Part shown: one piece after another, positions 27,833-40,253 of the stretch | Position numbering within the stretch: the first letter of the stretch is position 1 | Layout of the letters: the number at the start of each line of letters is the position of its first letter | DNA from: Octopus bimaculoides | Lineage: Eukaryota | NCBI RefSeq assembly: GCF_001194135.2 | Contig: NC_068981.1 | Location: forward strand, 159,293,077-159,357,076 | DNA length: 64,000 nucleotides | Direction of reading: 5' to 3' | Translations under genes and position numbers: made by a program | Notes under the pieces: generated by a model | The model's input: only the letters and a program-made list of their open reading frames with translations | Told to the model about the DNA's origin: nothing | Database searches by the model: none

Positions 27833-28240
27833 ATGGTGTGGCTGCCTGGTAAGAAGTTTGCTTTCCAACAACATGGTTCTAGCTTCAGGCCCTTTGCATG
27901 TCACCTTGGGCAAGTGTTTCCTACTATAGCTTTGGGCCAACCAAAGCCTTGTGAATGTATTTGACAGATGGAAACTGAAAGAAGCTTGTCTTATGTGTAT
28001 GTGTGTGTGCGTGTTGTCGCCTTGACATAACACCAGGAGATAGCTGTAAGTGGCAGTTACTGTCATACAAGGAGTGTCATTTGAGTCCAGTCTTCCATGA
28101 AAAACGTGTCCAGCCAAGTAGAAATTTTACCTTACATGGAAACAAATGAAGGTTGGAAACAGGAAGGGCATCTGACTGAAAAAAAAAAATCTACCTCAAT
28201 GAAAGCAGGGAAAAGTAGACATTAAAATGATGACAATGAT
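27833..28240 (+). mobile_element. SINE with family A head but a different body and an RTE-like tail
   Basis: Family A head, (TG)n, ccttgacat...gtcatacaagg body, then caggaagggcatc...aaaatgatga tail. Confidence 0.65.
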
Positions 28241-28615
28241 ACTCCTTTCCCCTTACTGCAACATTGTCTACCATGCTTGCATAGATTGCACATGCGTGTG
28301 CATATATAAATATAAATATATGTGTGTGTGCATGTTTGTATTTGTGCGTGTGTATGTGTGTGTGTGCGCATGCATGTATGTATTCAGATAAAGGAGAAAG
28401 AATGAATGTAAACATGACCCCATTTCTAAGAATTGGTGCCAACTTATGAACCTCTACAAAGACATAACAGTCAATAATTCCAGTACTCAATTTGAGTGAA
28501 AATTTACACCTGTTAAAATGCCCCTTTTCCATAATCCTTGATCTATATTCATCATACTCTATTTTGTTGTTGTTGTTGTTACTATTATTATAATCATAAT
28601 CATTATTATTATTAC

Positions 28616-28650
<35 letters not shown>

Positions 28651-28782
28651 ATATTTGTTAAATTCACATTCCTTGTGGCATGAAGGAGTTAGTTAATTGT
28701 TAACAATTACATAAGTCAGTAACACACAACTTGACATGAAAAACATGTGGAATGGTCAGCAATGGTTTTTGGAGAATATTTA

Positions 28783-28989
28783 TCATGGGTTTGTTTCTGC
28801 TGTAGTAAAATCCATTGACATTGCAGTGGATGTGGTCTGAGAGTTGGGATTCGCTACTGAAGATGTCGATGTTGGAAAAATGGAAAGCGTCATTCCCTGG
28901 AGGTGACTGGTGGAGCTGTCTTCATAGGAATCGTCAATAGGTTCAGACTTAATGAACATCATTTGATCACTTTCAAATGTGTGTGGAAT
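28783..28989 (-). CDS. Terminal coding exon E (IKSEP motif, acidic and Ser/Thr-rich tail)
   Basis: Acceptor ctttattgcttttgcAG, phase 0; IPHTFESDQMMFIKSEPIDDSYEDSSTSH...TAETNP, then TGA TAA. IKSE fits the psi-K-x-E SUMO consensus. Confidence 0.82.
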   Translation of the reverse strand: MPHTFESDQMMFIKSEPIDDSYEDSSTSHLQGMTLSIFPTSTSSVANPNSQTTSTAMSMDFTTAETNP

Positions 28990-30410
28990 CTGCAAAAGCA
29001 ATAAAGTGAACAGGAAATTTAAAATTGGGTTAAAAAGACATAATTAATACTATTATATATATATAATATTATACACACATGCATACGCACACACATATGT
29101 ATGTATATAAATATGAGGGAACATTACTCAATGACATATAGTTTGTAACGTGAATGATTAACAGTTTATGTTGTTGCTATTGCATCAATACAGTTGCTTA
29201 CACCTTGATTCAAGATCAATAATAGTTGTAAAAAGGTGAAAATATAAGAGTTCATATGATGCACATACAAGGAAAGCCTCCCTGAATTGTGGTTGAGAAG
29301 TTGGTCTTTAGTAAAAAAAGAAATCAAAGATTTCAGTAAAACAGAGGCAACAAGATTGCCAATTCCATTTGTAGGCTTTGATTTAGCCAGGATACTCTAC
29401 AGGTGGCAAGAGTTTTAATTTTTAAGTTGTCAGATGTATTTTGATAATGAGATCATGTTATGTCTAACTGGACTTCTAAATGTATATGTGAATATCAGGT
29501 CTTAAAACAATTGGTAGTTTATCCATTATACGCTATGACAGAGTAGGAAAGACAGGCAATAATCTTTGGTTTGACCACTTTTTATTTCACCTTTAGAGCT
29601 ATCCCTAAAATATAGGGAACATCTGTAGTCTTTCAGCTTGTTAGAAATAGCTACCAAGTCTTATTTAGGTCACAACTTACCACCTTTATAAGAGAACACA
29701 TTGAACAATGTAGTCTTAGATATACGATATACTATAATTGGAAAATAGATGGGATGATCACAACTAGAATGCTGTTGATTATAGATCTGTTCAATCAGAG
29801 ATGGTCTGGGGTTAAACAAAAACAACACCATACATAAAATATATTTAAATGTTCTTATAATGAAGAATATATTTCATTACAATCATTTTTTAATGACAAA
29901 AATTGTAATTAAGCATATCTTGTTACTGATGTTTTTATGATTAAAGTTTAGATAGAAGATTATACAAAGAACTAATATTTGAAACTATATTGATTTTTTT
30001 AATGAATTCAATGTAGGCTTAAAAATGAAAAATGAAAAGAATACAATTATGAAAATCCAGTGCTGTATTTGAGACAAAATGAATTATAAAAAATAACAAG
30101 TAAATATCTTGCTTCAGTTTTGAACTATCACTCATAATCTCAAAAAAAAAAATTATTCTTTTAAAAATTAACTTAATGATTTATAAAGTCTTATGGTTAA
30201 AATTATGTCAGTGCAAAGTTACATGTAGAAAGATATTATTGAACTAGAAATGATGTCTCTTTTAAAAGGTCATTATATTATATATTTATTAGTCAAACTG
30301 AAAATATCTAACAGTTGAAGCTATTTATTTCAGCAACAAATTAAAGTCAGACTATAAAGGTCAGTAAAGCAAAATCTATTAAAAGAATAGGGCAACTAGG
30401 AAAGTAATGA

Positions 30411-30464
<54 letters not shown>

Positions 30465-30488
30465 TATTATTATTATTATTATCATTAT

Positions 30489-30731
30489 TGCCTTTGCACA
30501 GCTTCTAACGCTAGAGATGTACTACAGTGTCAGCTGTTCACTACCAGTGAACTAAGGTAACACCACTTATTTTTCAAGCATCTTCTGGCGGATTCGAGCG
30601 GTTCCAAGCAGTGCTGTTTTCTGCACGCATTCCATCCTTATTGCAGCCCCTATTTGTTCCACGTACTTCTCGAGAGTTTTGCTTATCTCTGTTGCTTTTT
30701 GTTCTCCACATGATAACCTTGACCTTGGTAC
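30489..30731 (-). mobile_element. 3' end of a second R4/Dong-clade element, opposite strand
   Basis: Translates KTLEKYVEQIGAAIRMECVQKTALLGTARIRQKMLEK*; 3' UTR ends in a (TAA)n tail that reads (att)n at 30463-30488. Confidence 0.78.
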
Positions 30732-32335
30732 TTAGTAAAATAAAGCTGGGGTACTGACTAAAGGGAAAATCTCAAACAATCAATCACCTCCTCTTCATGG
30801 ATGATTTGAAACTGTATGGCAAGGATGAGACACAAGTGAGTTTCTTGGTGAGCATGGTCTACTGTTTAGTGCTGATATTAGAATAGAATTTGGACTCAAG
30901 AAGTGTAGAATAATCAACCTAAAAAGAGGCAAGGTACAATCTTTAGCAGGGACAGAATTACCAAATAGAGACTTGATTAAACAAATTGAAACAGAAGGCT
31001 ACAAATACCTTGGTGTACTAGAGTTCAATGAAATAATGAGAAGGAAATGAAAGAGCAACTGAGGAAGGCTAAGCGATTTCCAAAGACTAAGGTTGGTGTG
31101 GTGCTCAAAATTGACTGGATGGAATAAAATCCAAGCAGTTAATACATGTGCGGTAACATCACTTTGGTATGGAGTCAAAGTTGTAAAATGGCAAAAGAGA
31201 AAAGTGGTGAAAATGGATATGAAGACCAGAAAAATGTTGATAGTACACAGAGCCTTCCATCCTAAGAGTGACACCAATGGGCTGTATTTGTCCAGAAGAA
31301 AGGGTGGGAGAGGTTTGATCAGTTGCCAGGAAAGCAGAGGAAAACAGCGTAGGGTGGTGTATAAAAAATGCTATAGAGCCATTGTCGAAAGATATGAAGA
31401 AGGCTGCCATCATCAAAACTGAAAATTGTGTAATGAAAGAAAAATTTAAAGAAGAAATGAACACACACAAAAAAAAGAAAATGCATGGAAGGAATAAAAA
31501 AAATGTATGGTGAGTTTGCAAGAGATGTGAATGTCAAGACAGATACAGAGGACCAGTGGCTATGGATGAGGAGAAATGACCTGAAGATAGAGACAGCAGC
31601 AGCTCAAGAACAAGTGTTAAGGACTAACTATGTGAAGTGCAGAATAGACAATGCTGCCAACAGTGACAAATGCAGAAAGTGTGGTGAGATAGATGAGATG
31701 GTAAGACACATCATTAGCAAATGCCTGAAATTGACACAACATGAATACAAAAGTCACCATGACAATATGGCAAGAATGATCCATTGGGAGCTACGTGGAA
31801 ATCATGGCTAACAAAGAGCAAAGATGTGGTATGAGAAGACCCCGGAAGGAGTCACTAAGAATGAGAATTGCAAAATCCTGTGGGATGCAATAATTCAGTG
31901 CAATCACCTGACCAGACATCAGAAGCCGGACATTGTTGTGGTGAATAAAAAAGAAAGAACATGCATGATAATCAACATAGTATGTCCTGGTGACAACAGG
32001 ATCAATGTGAGAGAAGAAGAAAAAATAAACAACTATGATGATTTGAAGTGGAAAATACACAGGTTGTGGTCAATGTGGAGATTAGATGTGATACCAATAG
32101 TAATTGGCACACTTGGAAGTATCAGCACTCAACTATCAACTTGACTGAAAAAATTTGTGCAAGTGTGAAGGTAGAACACCTACAAAAATCAGTATTGCTT
32201 GGAACTACAAGAATTCTTTGCAGGGTTCTCAAAACATGACCAGTAAACAAGTGTCCCCTCAGTCTGCTGGCTGTGGACAGCTGACACTTCCCAATATACC
32301 CAGTAAAATAAGCTGTGACTTTTCATTACATGATA
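30732..32335 (+). mobile_element. 5'-truncated R4/Dong-clade non-LTR retrotransposon (RT-CCHC-RLE), degenerate
   Basis: HLLFMDDLKLYGK (RT), AAQEQVLRTNY, CRKCGE...HIISKC (CCHC), KILWD...KPDIVVVNKKERTCMII (RLE), LQKSVLLGTTRIL; followed by a (GAT)n(AAT)n tail. Confidence 0.88.
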
Positions 32336-32336
32336 T

Positions 32337-32400
<64 letters not shown>

Positions 32401-32418
32401 AATAATAATAAATAAATA

Positions 32419-32992
32419 AATGCCCTGATGCAGTACCAGGCAGTGGCTCTCATGGTTTCTGATCTTAATTGATTGGAAGTGTTATCATGTACGTTGTTTT
32501 GTCTTGGTATAAAAGATGGGCTACAGCAAATATTCTGCTTAATACCACAAATTTGCTTGTCAGTTGTTTGACCTTAACCAGTTGAGCATGTCCCTTGGTG
32601 GCTGACGATATGTGCNNNNNNNNNNNNNNNNNNNNNNNNNNNNNNNNNNNNNNNNNNNNNNNNNNNNNNNNNNNNNNNNNNNNNNNNNNNNNNNNNNNNN
32701 NNNNNNNNNNNNNNNNNNNNNNNNNNNNNNNNNNNNNNNNNNNNNNNNNNNNNNNNNNNNNNNNNNNNNNNNNNNNNNNNNNNNNNNNNNNNNNNNNNNN
32801 NNNNNNNNNNNNNNNNNNNNNNNNNNNNNNNNNNNNNNNNNNNNNNNNNNNNNNNNNNNNNNNNNNNNNNNNNNNNNNNNNNNNNNNNNNNNNCTGGTGT
32901 ACCCTTATCAGACGGGTAGTCATGATGGGTATATTGGGCTTTGTATATTTTACCCCAGTGTCACTTTGATGACATGCACTGCTCTCTCACTC

Positions 32993-32993
<1 letters not shown>
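32419..32993. mobile_element. Family D copy 2 (central gap)
   Basis: atgccctgatgcagtaccaggcagtggctctcatgg...gcactgctctctcactcaataataat. Confidence 0.7.
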
Positions 32994-33048
<55 letters not shown>

Positions 33049-33079
33049 CAACAACAACAATAATAATAATAATAATAAT

Positions 33080-33297
33080 AATGGTTTCAAATTTTGCCAT
33101 GAGAACAGCCATTTTGGAAGAGGGGATGAGTCCATTACATTGACCCCAGTGTTCAACTGGTACTTACTTTATCAACCCCAAAAGGATGAAAGGCAAAGTT
33201 GACCTCGGCAGAATTTGAACTCAAAATGCTAAGACAGATGAAACGAGTTAAGCATTTTGTACAGCATGCTAACGATTCTGCCAGCTCACTGCCTTTA

Positions 33298-33358
<61 letters not shown>

Positions 33359-33570
33359 TCAAATTTTGGTACAGGGCCAGCAGTTTTTTGAGGGGAGGGG
33401 ACAAGTTGATTACATCAAACCCAGCACAGAACTAGTTCTTATTTCATCAACCTTGAAAAGATTAAGGGCAAAGGCAACCCCAAGGGAATTTGAATACAGA
33501 ATGTGAAGATGAATGAAATACCATATTAAGCTTTTTGTCCAATGCAATAATAATTGTCAGCTTGCCACCT
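33080..33570 (-). mobile_element. Tandem SINE family B copies (more at 34200-34350, 35705-35890, 35905-36125)
   Basis: Each begins on + with a variant of ttcaaattttggcacaagg after TAA-rich sequence. Confidence 0.72.
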
Positions 33571-33700
33571 TTCTAATAATGATGATAAATTCAAATTTAT
33601 AATAATATAAGAAAATATAATAAATTTTACTTTAATTTTGTAAGATAAATGACTGCATTAAAAGCTTAAGGCCAGTTCCAACCTTTGGCAGAGAAATCTG

Positions 33701-33734
<34 letters not shown>

Positions 33735-34424
33735 GTAATTCATGAACTAAATGTGAGATACAAGCCAAAGACAAAAAGTTACTAAATTTGTTGAAATAAT
33801 TTACTGTCTTCATGATAGGAAGAAGACAGTAGCTATATCACATGAATGGGTATGTTTTTCTTTTCTTTTTTAAGATTTAGGAATATACCAGCTTCTATAT
33901 ACATCTGAAAAAAGTAAAAAAAAAAAAAAAAAAAAAAAANNNNNNNNNNAAAAAAAAAAAAAAAAAGAAAAAATAACTGAATATCAGGAACTGGACTAAT
34001 TGACTATAATGCAGTAGATTGGTAGAAGGTCTATGTCAGCCATTCTGTGTCCTTAAACAAGTCTCATTATTCTACTTACTTTGCATTGTCAGAAATAAAC
34101 ATGTTTAATACCAATCTTAGGAGGATTGTCTAGTTTTGTAAAACTTTGTTGTAACATTGATTTGTAAATAATCAAAATCTACACAGCCAAAACATTTATA
34201 ATGGTTTCAAATTTTGGCACAAGGTAAACAATTTAGTAGATAAGTCTATTACACTGACTGCAGTAGCATTTGAACTCAGAATGTAAAGCTGGAAGAAATG
34301 CTGCTAAGTATGTTGTCTGGCATGCTAATGGTTCTGCCAGCTCACTGTCCAAACTATTAATATAGTATTTATAATAATAAGAAAAAAATTTTTTTAAACA
34401 CAAAGTAATCCTAAAATTCTTCAA

Positions 34425-34695
34425 GTGCCGATGGACTGGCTCCTGCGCGGGTGGCATGTAAAATACACCATTTCAAGCGTGGCCGTCGCCAGTACCACCT
34501 GACTGGCCCTCGTGCCAGTGGCACATAAAGCACCCACTACACTCTCGGAGTGGTTGGCGTTAGGAAGGGCATCCAGCTGTAGAAACTCTGCCAAATCAAA
34601 TTGGAGCCTGGTGTCGCCTCCTGGTCCACCAGTCCTCAGTCAAATTATCCAACCCATGCTAGCATGGAAAGTGGACGTTAAACGACGACGACGAA
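34425..34695 (+). mobile_element. Young RTE 3' tail copy (others at 48930-49080, 53475-53725, 61283-61445)
   Basis: CpG-intact ggagtggttggcgttaggaagggcatccagctgtagaaactctgccaaatc...ggacgttaaacgacga. Confidence 0.72.
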
Positions 34696-36172
34696 CTCCA
34701 TATGACAATAGTCTTGATCTTTGAGAAAATGTTAAAATCAGTCACTCTAGAAACAACTGTAAAGCTCCAAGACTCTGGTTTACAAATCTGCTGTCTTCTC
34801 ACTGAACTTCTTCTGCTGTTATTAAAGTAAACACAGATTCCTTGAGCTGGCTCATCTTGTGTCAGTTGTACTTAGGTCTCACTGATACATTCATCATTCC
34901 ACTTCTCATTTCTCATAAGGTTCACCTTATTCACTGGTTTCTACTCTACTCATTACCATTAACCATTAACCATTACCATTAACCATTTGCCCCCAACCCT
35001 TTCTCCTTAAAATGTTGGTCCTCTGATGCTCTCTCCTAGCTCAAGTTTTTCCTGCTGTTATTGGCTTACAATTTTTCAAGTAGGACATCAATTGAGTAGA
35101 TCTCACAGCTCTCAGGGAGCCACCAAAGGTCATCAGTACAACTCCTTATTCCAGACAAACTCATTAAAAAATAAATCTTAAAACTGAAATTAATTTATTC
35201 TTGTAAAAAAGAGATAGTTAAGTAATGGTTTAATGATGAAAGAGAATTCAACGTCAATGGAAATTAAAAGATTTCTTTAGATATTCAAATGGATCAATCA
35301 TTCATTTTAGTAACTAATCAACTTCTGGAATCTTTAATGTGAATTTATTTGGAATATCAATAATTTTTACTGAATTTTGTCAAGAGTATGTGTCTCTATA
35401 GAATTCATTCAAAGATATATCCAGTATATAAATTGATGTATGTTTTACAAATTAGATATGCAAATATCTCATAAACTGTTTTACATAAATATGTAAAATG
35501 ATATGTTTGCATATCACAGAAAAGTAAAATAAGAACTTGATTTGAATAAATCATGAACTTATGGTAAACACACCAATGCACATCAAATCAAAACTAATAC
35601 AAAGTAGAATTGAAAATCCAGCTGCAAAATAATTGTGAATTACCATGGAGATAAAGAAAATAAAAAAGGAAATTAATAGAAGACTAGATTTGGTTAAATT
35701 TAATAATGGTTTCAAATTTTGGCACAAGGTCAGCAACTTCAGGGGAGGGGGTTAAGTTGATTACGTTGACCCCAGTGCTCAATTAGTACTTATCAATCCC
35801 AGCAGCATTTGAACTCAGAATGTAAAAGCAGGTGAAATGCTGCTAAGCATTTTGCCCAGTGCGCTAACAATTCTGTCAGCTTGCTGCCATAAGTTAAATC
35901 CAATACTGACTTCTAACACTGACACAAGGACACAAATTTCTTGGGAAGACATAGTCAATTAAATCACATTTCAATACTGGGCTGGTACTTCATTTTATCA
36001 CCCACAGAAGGGTGAAAGATAAAGTTAATCATTGCAACATTTGAACTCAGAATATAAGGGTTGAAACTAAATACTGCAAAGCATTATGTTTAACACACTA
36101 CTGATTCAGTCAGTCCACTGCCCTTGTTAAATTCAACAAATATTAAAAAGAAGAAAGAAAAGAAATTCTTAC

Positions 36173-36215
36173 CTGTCTTGTGAAGTTTTTCATAAAATCT
36201 ACACCAAAATATACT
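36173..36215 (-). CDS. Coding exon D (43 nt); end of repeat 2
   Basis: 1 nt + 14 codons VYFGVDFMKNFTRQ; strong donor CAG|GTAAGA, phase 0, matching the terminal exon. Confidence 0.85.
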
Positions 36216-36609
36216 GTAGTGAAAAGGTTAAGGAATCCAATACAATTTATAAACGAACATTACAAGAACCATTAAAATAATGGAATGATTTCAATATATT
36301 AAATTGAAATAAAAACAAAATGTTGTCATCTTGTAAATATCAAATCACTTGTTCATTTGTTTTGCATCTGTTTTTCCCATGCTGGTATGGGCAGGATGAA
36401 TATACTATTCAGGCATTGTTTTATAGTCAGATACAGTTCTTCGTGCTAACCCTTTCTTGCTTTTCAAGTAAGGAATTTTTTACTGTACATAGCTTCAAAG
36501 GTACAAAGCATGTAGGTGATCTATAGACAGGAGAAATACCAACAGAATGTCACATAAATGGCCATGCATGCATGCGAGTGCCCATGTGCACACACACTCT
36601 ACGATAAGT

Positions 36610-36845
36610 TTCTTTCAGTTTCTTATTTCTTTACTGCCCGCAAGGGGCTACACACAGAGGGGACAAACAAATGGATTAAGTTGATTAGATCGACCCCAGT
36701 GCGTAACTGGTACTTAATTTATCGACCCCGAAAGGATGAACGGCAAAGTCGACCTCGGCGGAATTTGAACTCAGAACGTAGCAGCAAACGAAATACCGCA
36801 AAGCATTTCGCCCGGTGGGGTAACATTTCTGCTAGCTCGCCGCCT
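36610..36845 (-). mobile_element. SINE family B, young copy with variant tail, inside U12 intron 2
   Basis: CpG-intact body; tail tttgtcccctctgtgtgtagccccttgcgggcagtaaagaaataag. Confidence 0.8.
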
Positions 36846-37119
36846 TCAGTTTCTTTCAGTTTCTGTCTACCAAATCCACTCACAAGGCTTTGATTGATCT
36901 GAGATGCTTCAGTAGAAAACACTTGCCCAAGGTTTCACACAGTGAGACTGAACCCGAAACCATGTGGTTGAGAAGCCATCTTCTTAACCTTACAATCAGG
37001 CTTATACTCCTTGATAAGAAATGTTTTAATGCAATAAAGACCTAAAATTTAATGTTTCTCTCTGGTCCCAGTCAAACATAAAATCTGTTGTCAAAAATTC
37101 CCATCTATCTGGCTCAAAA

Positions 37120-37155
<36 letters not shown>

Positions 37156-37325
37156 TCTCTCTCAGAGATCTTTTATTTCCTCAACTATTCTCAACTCCTT
37201 TGTACATCTTTTAAACAAGACAAAAACTCTGTAATGCTGAATAAGTTAAAATTCTTTCTTCAGAAAAATGCAAACAAGAGACAAAACAGTTTTCTTCATT
37301 TAAATCATAATTTATGGAAAGTAGA

Positions 37326-37634
37326 TAATGGTTCCCAAAGTGGGCGGTATTGCCCCCTGGGGGCAGTGGAAAGTTCCAAGGGGGCATTGAAGAAAAGTGG
37401 GGTGATAATGGGGTAGTGATTCATGTAAAAAGTGGGACAATAATGGCGTAGTGATTCATGTAAAAACAACAAAATAATGGGTTCATTAGGTTAAGTTTCA
37501 TTTGTGAAATACAGTTGCTTTCAATTTGATTCAGAAAGAGGTCTATGTTTGTGATGGTTAGTTGGGGTGGGGGTGCTAGGAATGTGACCTGGGTGTCAAG
37601 GGGGCAGCAGCCTGAAAATGTTTAGGAACCACTG
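37326..37634. mobile_element. hAT (Charlie-like) MITE inside U12 intron 2
   Basis: Termini taatggttcccaaa / tttaggaaccactg; flanks aagtagat / atctagat resemble the NTCTAGAN target. Confidence 0.62.
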
Positions 37635-37909
37635 ATCTAGATTCACAGTTTTTCAGAGTCAATGATACACTTTTATTATATAAAAAATCTCCAGTATACC
37701 TGGACTATAACAGCACTATAGATACATCAGATGTAAACCTGTTAGCATATAACTGTCAATCAGTTTTACATAGTGGCACAATGCATTATATAAACAAAGT
37801 ATATTTGAGAGAAGACAGATAGGTAAATACAGAACCAGTATGAACATGGAAACTCTTCATATTATCAAATAAAATATAATTTCACAATAGCTAAATATAG
37901 AAAGGATAT

Positions 37910-38084
37910 GTCTTAAACTTCCCTTTTCTCTTCATATGAATACTAGGGAACAAAAACCGCATTGCTCGATTGCACTGCACACCCCAATATTGTACACCAG
38001 GTTCCTCAATTTTCTGTCCTAATAATTGAAGGACCTCATCACGTGAGATGCCCATGTCAAAGTCACCAGTCCAGAAAACAAGTT
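37910..38084 (-). CDS. Coding exon C; winged-helix-like repeat 2
   Basis: Acceptor tttattttatAG; 175 nt (2 nt + 57 codons + 2 nt): LVFWTGDFDMGISRDEVLQLLGQKIEEPGVQYWGVQCNRAMRFLFPSIHMKRKGKFK. Ends AC|ATATCCTTT. Confidence 0.9.
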
Positions 38085-38438
38085 CTATAAAATAAATCAC
38101 AATATATTAGAAAACAATTTTAAATATGTACTCAGTGTGTGTACATGCATAGGTATGAAGAGGTATTTACATATCTGTAGTCAGTCCAACTTTATATATG
38201 AAAATAACAGTGAAACATTTTCTAAAATGCATAATAGAATGTAAAGCTATTACCAGAATATATCATACTGAAGACATCTTTTGAGGGTAATTTAACCTGG
38301 CATAATGCATCCACATTACAGGTTACTGAATACGGATAGAAATGGCAGCTTTGATTTGAAATGAAATAACTCAACCAGGGATCAAACCTACTCACATATT
38401 CAGCAAGCAAAGAGCTTATATTTATGCCAAAACACTTA

Positions 38439-38472
<34 letters not shown>

Positions 38473-38596
38473 TGTGTGCATACATGCGTACATGTGTGTG
38501 CAGCCCCTCAGCTTACCAGCCCTGGTCAAACCAGCCAACCCATGCCAGCATGGACAATGAATGTTAAATGATGATGATATATCTAATCTGATCTAA

Positions 38597-40253
38597 TCTA
38601 ATAATATATAAAACAGATGTGTGCATATTCACTTTTCACGCGAAAATGGCTTCACCAATTGCTTCATATTTGTGATGCATGAATAATTTGACCTCAGACA
38701 AATAATAGGCTGTTCATTTGATTTTTTTTATAAAAAATTATTAAAAATAAAAAAATATTGCTTTTTTATATTACATTCACGTCTTTGAAAGTTTTTAAAA
38801 TATTTACTTTCAGTTTTCTAGCGTCAGTGACATTACATATCTCTTTATGTGTATCTCTCTATCCATCTCTATCTCTTGTAACATATCTCTCTATCTATAT
38901 CTCTTGTTTTCACTTTCATTTTTCAAACATTCTTTTCACTTTCAGTTTTCATACGCCACTGTTTAACTTCCATGTTATTGTTTTCACTGTAAGTCTAAGT
39001 TTCCAATCGCTATTTACAAACAAACAACGACAAATTACTGACAGAAAGAAGTTCACAATTACTGATGTAAGTAATTTCATAATTTACTGACAGAAGTATC
39101 TTCATAAATTTCATTTCAATCCCTATGGTTTTGTGTTTTTCTGTTGTTGACAGTTTCTTTCTGGTTCCTTCGATACTGGCTCTTAGGTTCACTGAGTGAC
39201 AAATTTCACTTCAACCCGTACAATACTTTATTTTCCATTAAAATTTCTTATTTTCTTTCTGCTCGTCATATTGAGAAACATAATTTCTATTACCAAGTTA
39301 TTTTCATTGTTTACTATCTTCTGCACTTATGTATTTCTGTATACATGTATAACCATACCTAGAAGGAAAGTGTCAATTTTGTCGGCATAATTACAGATTT
39401 CTGCCAACCCCCATTTTTGGATGATCATAACTTTCAGAAAAATGGAAGATGATGCAAACTGGGATGCCACTCTTACAGAGGCACAAATGTGCAAGTCTCC
39501 TATGCAACTGAGAAATCTCTTCTTCATCATGCAGCTTGATGGGTGAGAATGTCTTTATTCCAAGGATACATCTCATCTCAAATGATCTCTCCTTTCAGTT
39601 CAAGAGACTGCAGTTTCCTGTTAAACTTAGCTTTGTAATGTCTATCAACAAAGCACAAGGTCAATCTCTAAAGGTGGTAGGACTTAACCTCCTTCAACCT
39701 TGTCTCTCACATGGTCAGCTGTATGTTGGATGTTCTAGAGTTGGAGATGAAAAGAACCTCTACATTCTCAGTGATAAACATGGCAAGACAGAAAACAGTG
39801 TATGAAGAAGCACTTACATGAATAGTAGGTCCATATTATATACAGAAGTGTAAAACCATTGAGTGTTAAAGTATTACTATTACACTTTCCCTTTTCGACT
39901 GTCATGCATGAATGTATATCTGTGTGTATAAAAGTGAAACAATAATGTGATATATTCGCTGTCTGTTTGTGTGTGTGTACTCTATGCACAGCCTTTCATT
40001 GGTTATAATCTGTACCTGTTTTTTGGTTACAAAATAATTTAGACAAATGTGTATTTACTTTATATACATATGTGAGTTGAAAACTTTCTTTTCCCATTTC
40101 ACTTAATGTCTATGTTCCATGTTGGGATGGGTTGTAGAGTCACATAAAAAGTTGGTATCTCAGCTACTAGCAGTTGAGACCTGCATAAACTAGACGGCAT
40201 TTTAAAATTTCATTATTTTCTTTAACCTGGGCAACGCCGAGTATTTCTGCTAG
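38597..40253 (+). mobile_element. Internally deleted Helitron with both termini
   Basis: 5' a|TCTAATAATATATAAAA. 3' degenerate hairpin cctgggcaacgccgag followed by tatttctgCTAG|t (40250-40253). Coding remnants EDDANWDATLTEAQ...QLRNLF (~39440-39530) and PIF1-type helicase C-terminus FKRLQFPVKLSFVMSINKAQGQSL...SHGQLYVGCSRV (39536-39805). Confidence 0.85.

Larger units (their letters stand above)
36216..37909 (-). other. U12-type AT-AC intron 2 (1694 nt, phase 2)
   Basis: 5' end ATATCCTTT at 37909; branch TTCCTTAAC at 36227-36235; 3' end CACTAC at 36216. Removal gives in-frame KGKFKT-VYFGV. Confidence 0.88.
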
